Shown here: one piece after another, positions 20,736 through 29,312 of the stretch
How the letters are laid out: each line of letters begins with the position of its first letter
How positions within the stretch are numbered: the first letter of the stretch is position 1
From: Ferruginibacter sp.
GTDB lineage: Bacteria; Bacteroidota; Bacteroidia; Chitinophagales; Chitinophagaceae
Assembly (NCBI GenBank): GCA_046590675.1
Contig: JBKJUP010000022.1
Span: 6,961-70,960, forward strand
Reading direction: 5' to 3'
Length of the DNA stretch: 64,000 nucleotides
The notes under the pieces: generated by a model
What the model was told of the DNA's origin: nothing
The model's input: only the letters and a program-made list of their open reading frames with translations
The model's database searches: none
Translations under genes and position numbers: made by a program

Positions 20736-21752
20736 TTAAAAAGGAGCCACTTCTATTCCCAACCCTTTTTTATCTGTGTACAGAATTTTACCAAAGTTAA
20801 AGCCTACACCTTTGGCAATGTCTTCAGCAAGCAGTAACGGACCGTCCATATCAACACAATCTAACAAAGGTGCAAGTTGTGCGATGGCGGCAGTTCCAAT
20901 GCTGCTTTCGTTCATACAGCCTACCATTATTTTTAAATCCAACTCCCTTGCTCTTTTTATCATGCGCCTGGCAGGAGTAATGCCACCACATTTTGTAAGC
21001 TTAATATTAATTCCATGAAAATGCTGATTACATTTTTCAACATCCGATTCTGCCACACAGCTTTCATCAGCAAATAAAGGCAAAGGCGATGCCTTGTATA
21101 AAGTGCTCATATCTTCCCAGTTGTCTTTTGCAAGTGGTTGCTCTATCATTTCCACGCCCAATTCTTTCAGCACAGGAATTTTTTGCAATGCCTGCTCCAG
21201 GGTCCAACCGGCATTGGCATCTACCCTAAAAATTGCATCGGTATGTTTTCGTAAAGTTTCCACCATTTCAACATCACCTGGTACCCCCACTTTTATTTTA
21301 TAAATTGGCCAGGGCAATGCTTTCATTTTTTCGACCATATTTGGTATTGTATCAATTCCAATGGTGTAATCTGTAACCGGGCTTTTTTCTATATCCAGGT
21401 TCCATAATTCATGTAATTGCTTTTGTTTTATTTTTCCGTAGATATCCCAACCCGCCATATCAAGTGCACAAACTAAAAACGGATTGGCGGGAAACAGGTG
21501 ATGCAGGTAATGCCAATATCTTTCCGGATCGGAGAAAGCAAACTTCTCTACAAACACCTTTTTACATTCCAGGTCTTCCTGCATTTTCTGGATAGGAATA
21601 TCATAATAACTGATTGCAGGTGCTTCGCCATAGCCCTTTACACCAAAATGATCTAATTCCACTACAAATGTGGGCTGGTGCGTCTTTGTGCCTTTAGAAA
21701 TCGTGAATGGATGATTGAACAATAAATTAAATTCCTTAGTTTTAAATTTCAT
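20736..21752 (-). CDS. Dipeptide (L-Ala-D/L-Glu) epimerase, enolase superfamily
   Basis: YKIK, RVDANAGW, IEQP, FADES, NIKLTKCGG, GCMNES, DMDG. Confidence 0.88.
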   Translation of the reverse strand: MKFKTKEFNLLFNHPFTISKGTKTHQPTFVVELDHFGVKGYGEAPAISYYDIPIQKMQEDLECKKVFVEKFAFSDPERYWHYLHHLFPANPFLVCALDMAGWDIYGKIKQKQLHELWNLDIEKSPVTDYTIGIDTIPNMVEKMKALPWPIYKIKVGVPGDVEMVETLRKHTDAIFRVDANAGWTLEQALQKIPVLKELGVEMIEQPLAKDNWEDMSTLYKASPLPLFADESCVAESDVEKCNQHFHGINIKLTKCGGITPARRMIKRARELDLKIMVGCMNESSIGTAAIAQLAPLLDCVDMDGPLLLAEDIAKGVGFNFGKILYTDKKGLGIEVAPF

Positions 21753-21821
21753 AATTATTTAAAGTTACATCTTAACTAAAACCAAACAATTTTAAAACCC
21801 AATTAACGTTAAACGAATAGT

Positions 21822-22808
21822 ATGAAAAAAACTTTACTCCTATTTTTAATCCTTGCCCTAAGCTTCCCTGGCTTTTCGCAGATTACGTACAGCGGTACAC
21901 TTAGCAATACGGACCCGTTCTTTAACAGGCCGGATGAAGGAACGCCTCCCACGATGCTTTCCGTAGATTTTACCCATGTGTATTACCAGGTAATTGCATT
22001 TACGGTAACTACACCAGGGTTCATAACTATTACCAGTAGCAGCACTTATGATAACTTCGGAATTTTATATGGTCCCGGAGGTTTTGATCCGAAAGCTCCA
22101 CTTACAAATGCGTTAACAGCAGTAGATGACCAAAGTGGAACGAATTTTGGTTTCACTTACCAGTTTACAACGCCCGGTACTTACTATGTAGTGTTCACTT
22201 CGTTCAAGAATAATACTACTGGCCCATTTGCTATTACCATCAACCCCGTTAATACTATCCCGGTAAAGCTTGTTTCCTTTACTGCAGAAAAAGACAAAAC
22301 TTCGGGCAACCTGATTAAATGGTCCACAGCAGAAGAAATTAATATTGAAAAATACCAGGTACTTCGCAGCACAGATGGAAAAAATTTCGATGCAGTTACC
22401 GGAGCTGAGTTGATTGCAAAAGGTTCGTCTGGAAATGCATCTTACAGCTTTACTGATGCAACACCAGTTACGGGGATTAACTTTTACAGGCTTAAAATAA
22501 CTGAGAAAGGTGGCAAAAGTTCTGTTGGCTCTATTGCTTCTGTTAATAACAGAAAAGGTGGTGGAACGATCAGGCTTTACCCAAATCCGACAATCAATTT
22601 TTTGAATGTTGATGTAAAATCTTCCAGCGTCGGTAAAGCAATGGTTACGATTGTAAATTCTGCAGGCGAAACAGTTTATACAAAACAGTACACGCTCAAT
22701 AACCAGGCAGTGCTTTCTGTAGATGTAAAACGAATTGCTCCAGGTAAATATTTTGTTAAGACAATCATCGACAACGAAGAATCTGTTGCTTCTTTTATAA
22801 AGGACTAA
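21822..22808 (+). CDS. T9SS (type A CTD) secreted protein with small N-terminal beta domain
   Basis: Signal peptide; IPVKLVSF...YRLK Ig-like linker; C-terminal LYPNP...PGKYFVK T9SS sorting domain. Confidence 0.85.
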   Translation: MKKTLLLFLILALSFPGFSQITYSGTLSNTDPFFNRPDEGTPPTMLSVDFTHVYYQVIAFTVTTPGFITITSSSTYDNFGILYGPGGFDPKAPLTNALTAVDDQSGTNFGFTYQFTTPGTYYVVFTSFKNNTTGPFAITINPVNTIPVKLVSFTAEKDKTSGNLIKWSTAEEINIEKYQVLRSTDGKNFDAVTGAELIAKGSSGNASYSFTDATPVTGINFYRLKITEKGGKSSVGSIASVNNRKGGGTIRLYPNPTINFLNVDVKSSSVGKAMVTIVNSAGETVYTKQYTLNNQAVLSVDVKRIAPGKYFVKTIIDNEESVASFIKD

Positions 22809-22825
22809 TAAACATTAAACTCATA

Positions 22826-22863
22826 AAAAAAAGGATACGATTTTTATATTGTATCCTTTTTTT
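22826..22863. terminator. Bidirectional terminator
   Basis: A-tract-GGATAC(G)A...TGTATCC-T-tract between convergent genes. Confidence 0.8.
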
Positions 22864-22883
22864 ATGTTGAATATTTCTATGTA

Positions 22884-25580
22884 TTATCTTCCGCTATCCA
22901 ATATAGATTTCTTCAAATCTTCATTGAAGGCCGTTTCGTTCACCAGCTCTTCCAGGCCAATGTGCATGCGGTATTTCCAGTAATGTTTTGGATCTGCCGG
23001 TATATTGATGCGTTCATCATTCGGGTTTTTCCTGCGAAGTTCTTCATCTGAACCCATTATATCCTGTAATTGAAAAATACTCCACATTGCAGGTGAATAT
23101 AAGTGCTGGATGACAATCTCTTTATTTAACCATGGTTCGCAAAAGACCGGCGCTTCTCCGAAGTGGCCTAATATAGATTGATAGAACCGATCTGATTTAG
23201 CCTTATCTTCTTCCCACCAGCCACGGATGGTACTCATATCATGTGTAGATGGTGTTACCACAGAAAGATAAGGGGCATCAGCAGGATGAAAAAATTCCTT
23301 TTTGGGATCTTTGGGCATGCGCTGAATTTCGAGGCTTAGAATTCCTAATTGAACCATTACATCGGGAACGCAGGCAGGCACCATTCCCAAATCTTCACCA
23401 CAAACCAGCATCTCGGTACTACGTTTTAATTCCGGCAATTTATTCATCGCTTCTTTTTTCCAAAACTCATCCTGGCGATTGTAAAAATAATTCAGGTAAA
23501 GCAGGCGAAGTTGGTTTTTTGAAAATTCATCCAGGTCTCTGTAGGATGTGCTATGATCCATATTGATTCTGAAATGAAATAATTCAGCAGGATTGGCTTC
23601 ATCTTCCAATAATATTACATTGCTGATAAGATCAAACAACGCATATTTTATGAAATGATTTCTGTTTGTTACGGGTTGTTGATTAAAGTATGCTTCTACT
23701 TTTCGTTGTGTATCAAAAGCAGGCTTCAACTTGTACAGGCCATTGTTCCAGTCTAAAAACTGTTCTTTTATCTGGATTGTTTCACTGCCAAATTTTTCGG
23801 CAAGAATATGGTCGGTAATATAAGGCTTGCAAAACCGATCGTGCTGAAACGGAATTTTATAGGCATACAATTCATCTACATGAAGCGGAATAGCCGGCAC
23901 GAATCTTCCAAGTATCCCTTCCACAGCATCTAATGGAATACTCCATATTCTAAAAAAACCGAGGATATGATCGATGCGAAAGGCATCAAAGTAGTGGCTC
24001 ATTTGCGCAAAACGTTTACGCCACCAGGCAAATCCATCTTCCTGCATCTTCTTCCAGTTGTAGGTTGGGAATCCCCAGTTTTGTCCTTTTACTGCAAAAT
24101 CATCCGGCGGAGCTCCGGCTTGTGCATCCATATTATATAAGCCAGGTTCCATCCAGGCATCGCAACCATACCTGTAAATACCAATCGGCAAATCTCCCTT
24201 CACAACAATGCCATTGCTATGTGCATACGCCGTGGCATTCTGCAACTGTAGATGTAAATGAAACTGTATAAAATAATGTAGCGCTATTTCATCATAATGC
24301 TTTTGAGTTGGGGCTGCTAAACTTTCAATTTCTGCCTCATTAAAAACGCTTTGGGTTTTCCATTTGCTATAATCAGCAGTTTTATATTTATCTCTCAGGT
24401 AACAAAATGTTGCATACGGAACCAGCCAGTGACGGTTTAATTCAAAAAATTCAAAATACTTTGCATCCTTTTTAAATTGTTCCTTTTGCTCCTGGTACAA
24501 TTGTTTGATGGTTGCAAACTTCATACGCATCACCTCTTCATAGTCAACATCTGGCAATTCATTCAGTGCTTCCCTTTTATCAGCCAGTGATTTTATAATT
24601 GGATTAGCAGCATCGCCGGCCAGTTGCTCAAGGTTAAGATAAATGGGGTGCAACGCAAATGCTGAAATGGCTGCATACGGATAAGAATCGAGGTAGGTAT
24701 GGGTTGCTGTAGTATCGTTTATGGGTAACAGTTGTATTAGTTTCAACCCGGTAATTTTTGCCCAATCCACCAATAATTTAATATCAGCAAATTCGCCTGT
24801 GCCAAAACCGTTTTTAGTACGCAAACTAAAAACAGGAATGGCCACTCCTGTTCCTTTCCAGAGTGGAAAAGGCAATTGTGCAAATCCATCATGAATAATT
24901 GTATGCCTTCCCTTTGCATTTATTGAAGGCAAGGTTCTGTTGACGCCTGTTTCAAACTGAATAAACTTTTTTTCACTTGTATTATATAGACCGTATTTGT
25001 AAGCTATTGGATAAGTTACACTATCAAGATTTATTTTAGCTGTCCACCAATTACCATCCCTTGTAAATAATATAGGTGTTTCGGTACTCCAATTCTCTAA
25101 TTCTTTACCAATACCACATAAACAAATCACCTCATCTTTTTTTAAGATAGGTGCCTTTACTTTAAAATGATGGGTATATGTTTTTACTGTTTTTGTTTTT
25201 ACAGCGGGTGCATCGAATTTCAGTAAAACATGTTTGAAAGCCTGTGTATAAAATGCGTTGGCAATTTCGCCGGCATGATTCCATGTGTCCACCAGCACAA
25301 TTTGATTTACGGCTAATTTCCCGGGCTGAATAATGCGGTCGTTGCCCCACTCTATTATCTGCGTACCATCTGCATTCCGTAAAATATACCGGTATTCTAT
25401 ATCAGGCGCATTGTAATCCGCATCAGATATTTCTATACTTCCCTGCCACAACTGGTCATTAAAATATTGGAGGGGTATGGCTTTTGAAATATCATCACTG
25501 CCAAGTGCGGTATTAGTTCCTGAAACGTATAAGGATTGGCCAAATTTGGTTGAAAACCGAACAAAAAAATTAAGTATCAT
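22884..25580 (-). CDS. malQ: 4-alpha-glucanotransferase (GH77, DPE2-like, two N-terminal CBM20)
   Basis: GVAIPVFSLR, QLLPINDT, KGDLPIG, GAPPDDF, QNWGFP, RIDHILGFFR, GEDLG. Confidence 0.92.
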   Translation of the reverse strand: MILNFFVRFSTKFGQSLYVSGTNTALGSDDISKAIPLQYFNDQLWQGSIEISDADYNAPDIEYRYILRNADGTQIIEWGNDRIIQPGKLAVNQIVLVDTWNHAGEIANAFYTQAFKHVLLKFDAPAVKTKTVKTYTHHFKVKAPILKKDEVICLCGIGKELENWSTETPILFTRDGNWWTAKINLDSVTYPIAYKYGLYNTSEKKFIQFETGVNRTLPSINAKGRHTIIHDGFAQLPFPLWKGTGVAIPVFSLRTKNGFGTGEFADIKLLVDWAKITGLKLIQLLPINDTTATHTYLDSYPYAAISAFALHPIYLNLEQLAGDAANPIIKSLADKREALNELPDVDYEEVMRMKFATIKQLYQEQKEQFKKDAKYFEFFELNRHWLVPYATFCYLRDKYKTADYSKWKTQSVFNEAEIESLAAPTQKHYDEIALHYFIQFHLHLQLQNATAYAHSNGIVVKGDLPIGIYRYGCDAWMEPGLYNMDAQAGAPPDDFAVKGQNWGFPTYNWKKMQEDGFAWWRKRFAQMSHYFDAFRIDHILGFFRIWSIPLDAVEGILGRFVPAIPLHVDELYAYKIPFQHDRFCKPYITDHILAEKFGSETIQIKEQFLDWNNGLYKLKPAFDTQRKVEAYFNQQPVTNRNHFIKYALFDLISNVILLEDEANPAELFHFRINMDHSTSYRDLDEFSKNQLRLLYLNYFYNRQDEFWKKEAMNKLPELKRSTEMLVCGEDLGMVPACVPDVMVQLGILSLEIQRMPKDPKKEFFHPADAPYLSVVTPSTHDMSTIRGWWEEDKAKSDRFYQSILGHFGEAPVFCEPWLNKEIVIQHLYSPAMWSIFQLQDIMGSDEELRRKNPNDERINIPADPKHYWKYRMHIGLEELVNETAFNEDLKKSILDSGR

Positions 25581-25770
25581 CTATTGGAATAATTAAGGAG
25601 CAGCAATATAAAAACTTTGTTGCACATTGTTATGTATGCACAATAATAAACCTTAATATAGCCAATCTGAAAACTAAAACAGATTAGAATTTAATTCGTA
25701 AAAACAGAAATAAATATCGCCTGGATTATAATTGTTTGATTTGCCCTATTTTTGTCAAAATTTTTTCAGC

Positions 25771-25926
25771 ATGGAGACAACAAAAAAATCGACGGGTTTA
25801 TATTGGATATTATTTTTTATATCAATTATTGCTTCTGTAATTGTTTATAAAATCGGTGGTGGATACAGTTCAATGGTATTGCCATTCAACGTTACCTTTT
25901 TTGCAAAAGCAATGGACCTTATGTGA
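25771..25926 (+). CDS. Small 51-aa membrane protein
   Basis: METTKKSTGLYWILFFISIIASVIVYKIGGGYSSMVLPFNVTFFAKAMDLM*; upstream TATTTTTG -7 element. Confidence 0.6.
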   Translation: METTKKSTGLYWILFFISIIASVIVYKIGGGYSSMVLPFNVTFFAKAMDLM

Positions 25927-25951
25927 TCCATTGCTTGCTGAGTTAATTCGT

Positions 25952-26713
25952 TTATTTAAGACTGCTGATAATAACTGCAAAATCTGTTGCAACCAACGAA
26001 GCACCTCCTACCAAACCTCCGTCAACATCTGGTTGACCAAATATTTCTTTTGCATTGGCAGTTTTTACGCTTCCCCCGTATAGGATTGAAATGCTATCTG
26101 CTAATTCCTGGCCATATTTATCTGCAAATACACTGCGTATGTGTGCATGCATTTCTTGTGCCTGATCGCTTGATGCAGTTTTACCTGTACCAATTGCCCA
26201 AATTGGCTCATAAGCTATTACAAATCCCATAAGACTTTCGGCCGTTAAATGAAATAAACTTTCCTTTAACTGATTTTCAACATAGCTGTTTTGTGTACCT
26301 GCCTCCCTAATCTCCAAAGCTTCACCACAACAAAAAATAGGTTTCAATCCATATTCAAAACAAAGGTTTACTTTACTGGCAAGTTCCTCGTTTGACTCAT
26401 TGAAATATTCACGACGTTCGCTATGACCCACTATTACATAGGGAATTCCAATGCTTTTCAACATCTCTACACTGGTCTCACCAGTATAAGCCCCTGACAC
26501 TTTACTGTAACAATTTTGAGCGGCAACAAACATCCTGGGTTTACCAGCTATGATATTTTCTACATTCATGATGTACGGAAATGGAACGCCAAAAACTGCC
26601 TCCTGGTTTTCTTTTAGATCAAGTGGAGACTCCATAATATCGCCGATCAATTTTTCCGCCTGTTGAAGCGTTAAATTCATTTTCCAGTTAGCCGCGGCTA
26701 TTTGCTTTCTCAT
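25952..26713 (-). CDS. tpiA: Triosephosphate isomerase
   Basis: AANWKMN, GHSERR, AYEPIWAIGTG, LYGGSV. Confidence 0.97.
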   Translation of the reverse strand: MRKQIAAANWKMNLTLQQAEKLIGDIMESPLDLKENQEAVFGVPFPYIMNVENIIAGKPRMFVAAQNCYSKVSGAYTGETSVEMLKSIGIPYVIVGHSERREYFNESNEELASKVNLCFEYGLKPIFCCGEALEIREAGTQNSYVENQLKESLFHLTAESLMGFVIAYEPIWAIGTGKTASSDQAQEMHAHIRSVFADKYGQELADSISILYGGSVKTANAKEIFGQPDVDGGLVGGASLVATDFAVIISSLK

Positions 26714-26733
26714 GTTAATTTTTATTTTTTGTT

Positions 26734-27759
26734 TTAAGATTTAAAGTTATAAAGTTGTTGCAGCATTTCTTTTTCCGTTTCAGAAATGCGTTGGTTCTTC
26801 AATTTTTTCCAGTTATCAATATCTTTCAGTGCCTTCTCAAAGATATACTTTTCCTCCCCCCATGAAAAGTTAGTCACTAATTTTGGAGGAAATCCATCTC
26901 CAAAAATATTACAGCACACACCAACTGTGGTACCTGTATTGAAAGAAGTATTGATGGCAGCCCTGCTATAATCGCCCATTAACAATCCACATTTTAATCC
27001 AACGGGGGTAAATGCTTTTATATCATTGTGCCACACTTTTACTTCTGCTGCGGTATTTAATACATTAGAGTTGGATGTGCCGGCTCCCAAATTACACCAT
27101 TCGCCCAAAACACTATCTCCCAGGTATCCATCGTGTCCTTTATTGCTGTACCCAAACATTACGGAATTTTTTATTTCACCACCGGCTGTACAATATGGGC
27201 CGATGGTAGTTGCCCCATACACTTTGGTGCCCATTTTTAAAACAGCCGCTTCGCATAATGCAAAAGGGCCACGTATGATGCACCCTTCCATTATTTCAGC
27301 ATTTTTTCCAATATAGATGGGACCGGTAGAAGCGTTTAATATACTGTGTGAAACGATGGCACCTTGTTCAATAAAAATATTTTCCGGCGATACAACATTG
27401 TTAGAGGAAGGTATTGTTGCTGATTGCCTGCCATTGGTAATTAGTTCAAAGTCTTGCCTTATGGCCCAATCATTTAGCTGAAATATTTGCCAGGGATAAT
27501 TTAAGATTTTGCAATCATCCCTTTCAGCTATTTCGCTTATGTTTCTGATGCCGGCAATAGTAGTGGCACTTTGCCTGGTGGGAATAAGATTGGCCAGTAG
27601 GATTTTGCCCGGTTGTAACTCTACAATTTTCATCTGTTGCAACAATTCCCATTTTTCCCGAAGGGTTAATATACCTACACGAATATCTGCCGCATTCCTA
27701 TTAGACGTGAAAGGATATAATTTTTCGCTTACCAGACTATCGTCGAAATTAATTGCCAT
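26734..27759 (-). CDS. GlmU-like sugar nucleotidyltransferase/hexapeptide-repeat protein
   Basis: DIRVGILTLREKW, left-handed beta-helix repeats, NKGHDGYLGDSVLGEWCNLGA. Confidence 0.8.
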   Translation of the reverse strand: MAINFDDSLVSEKLYPFTSNRNAADIRVGILTLREKWELLQQMKIVELQPGKILLANLIPTRQSATTIAGIRNISEIAERDDCKILNYPWQIFQLNDWAIRQDFELITNGRQSATIPSSNNVVSPENIFIEQGAIVSHSILNASTGPIYIGKNAEIMEGCIIRGPFALCEAAVLKMGTKVYGATTIGPYCTAGGEIKNSVMFGYSNKGHDGYLGDSVLGEWCNLGAGTSNSNVLNTAAEVKVWHNDIKAFTPVGLKCGLLMGDYSRAAINTSFNTGTTVGVCCNIFGDGFPPKLVTNFSWGEEKYIFEKALKDIDNWKKLKNQRISETEKEMLQQLYNFKS

Positions 27760-27838
27760 TGCTTCGAAATTACAAACCAAAAATTGTTATCCCAATTCTC
27801 TTTTATTGAAACCTTTAATTTATGGAGATTTTAAAAAC

Positions 27839-27867
27839 AAAAATCCCCCCGGTAAACCGGAGGGACT
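27839..27867 (-). terminator. Terminator after rpmE
   Basis: Minus strand GTCCCTCCGG-TTTA-CCGGGGGGAT-TTTT. Confidence 0.75.
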
Positions 27868-27905
27868 TAAAGTATAGCCATGAAAAACAACAATTAGTAT
27901 TACTA

Positions 27906-28160
27906 CTAGTTCGCTTTCTTTTCGTAACGTCTTTTAAACTTATCAATACGGCCCGCTGTATCTACCAACACATTTTTACCGGTATAAAACGGGTGAGATG
28001 TGTTTGAAATCTCTAATTTAATTACGGGGTATTCTTTACCATCTTCAAATTCAATTGTTTCATTAGAATTAGCAGTAGAACGACTTAAAAAAGTAGTTCC
28101 ATTACTCATATCTTTAAAAACTACAAAGCGGTAATTTTTGGGATGCAAATCTTTTTTCAT
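27906..28160 (-). CDS. rpmE: 50S ribosomal protein L31 type B (no Zn-binding Cys)
   Basis: MKKDLHP...EISNTSHPFYTG...GRIDKF; TACATTTG promoter at 28209-28216. Confidence 0.95.
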   Translation of the reverse strand: MKKDLHPKNYRFVVFKDMSNGTTFLSRSTANSNETIEFEDGKEYPVIKLEISNTSHPFYTGKNVLVDTAGRIDKFKRRYEKKAN

Positions 28161-28290
28161 AAATGTAAAATTTGTGCATGGATTTTGCCATGCGTTTTTT
28201 TAAGAGTGCAAATGTAAGGCAATTTTGTTAATATAAATCTCTCCAAACACTAAAATGGAGGCTAATTAATATTTTGACATGCTGCCTTCA

Positions 28291-28591
28291 AACCTGAAAG
28301 GTTGTCATTATTATAGTAATATGGTAAGTTGTTGTACAAAACCCCAAAGGGGTGATATAGCTAAACACAGAGATATTGTTGTTTAAATTTAATTCTGTGA
28401 TAACACAATAGTGGGAAACGATGCCATGAAAATATAAATTTGAACGGAGCGTCGCCAATGTCGATGCTATCAACCACCAATGCCGGTGACCCAAAAATTA
28501 TTTTTAAACAGTCTTTAGTTATATCACCCACTTCGGGGTTGTTATCCTATGTTAACACTTAGGCTATAATCATATCACTCCTTTGGAGTTG
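28291..28591. repeat. Cluster of four REP-like hairpins (family C) in mixed orientation
   Basis: Copies near 28291, 28339, 28517, 28572; consensus ATATCAC-CCC-TTY-GGGG-TT with compensatory variant CTCC-TTT-GGAG. Confidence 0.7.
28411..28497 (+). repeat. Dispersed repeat family B, copy 3
   Basis: GTGGGAAACGATGCCATGAAAATATAAATTTGAACGGAGCGTCGCC...CAATGCCGGTGACCCAAAAA. Confidence 0.7.
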
Positions 28592-28735
28592 TTCAGAAGC
28601 GGCACTGAAAATAATGCTTCTGTCTTCAGCACCTCAAAATATTAATTAGCCAAAATGAAACGATTTTTTAAGCAACAGCGGCTATATTTAATGCATTTTA
28701 CAAGGCCGTTCCCTTATTTTGTTTTAGCGCAACTG

Positions 28736-29227
28736 CTAACTCTTCATATTTGTTTGTTGCAATGCAATGCCAATGTTCCACTCTTTTGATGCCTGGATAA
28801 CATCTTGCAAGTCGTCGATTTTTTTACCGGTCACCCTGATGATATCGTCCATAATGGCAACCTGAACTTTTAAACCGCTGTCTTTTATAAGCTTCACTAT
28901 TTTCTTTGCATCTTCCTGTTTAATACCATTTCTTACCGGTACTTCCTGCTTCACTACTTTTCCACTTTGAAATGGTTCTTTGGACAGATCGTAAATTTCA
29001 GCAGCAAGTCCCTGTTTCATACTTCTGCTGATCAACACATCAATGATCTGCGCAATTTTCATTTCGCTGTCTGCTTCAAGGTTCACCTTAAAGTCCTTTT
29101 TATTAAGATCTATCACTACATGGCTTCCCTTAAAATCGAAACGGTTGGTAATTTCTTTACTAACGGTATTAACAGCATTGTCAAGTGTTTGAAGATCTAC
29201 TTTACTGGCAAAATCAAATGATGGCAT
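28736..29227 (-). CDS. yajQ: YajQ-family cyclic-di-GMP/nucleotide-binding protein
   Basis: MPSFDFASK, NRFDFKG, IRVTGKKIDDLQ; 163 aa from start at 29227. Confidence 0.93.
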   Translation of the reverse strand: MPSFDFASKVDLQTLDNAVNTVSKEITNRFDFKGSHVVIDLNKKDFKVNLEADSEMKIAQIIDVLISRSMKQGLAAEIYDLSKEPFQSGKVVKQEVPVRNGIKQEDAKKIVKLIKDSGLKVQVAIMDDIIRVTGKKIDDLQDVIQASKEWNIGIALQQTNMKS

Positions 29228-29312
29228 GGTACAATTGTTAAGTATGTATGAATTGCAAATATAAAAAACACAGCCCAATATTGAGCTGTGTTTGTTTGGA
29301 TCATTTAATAAA

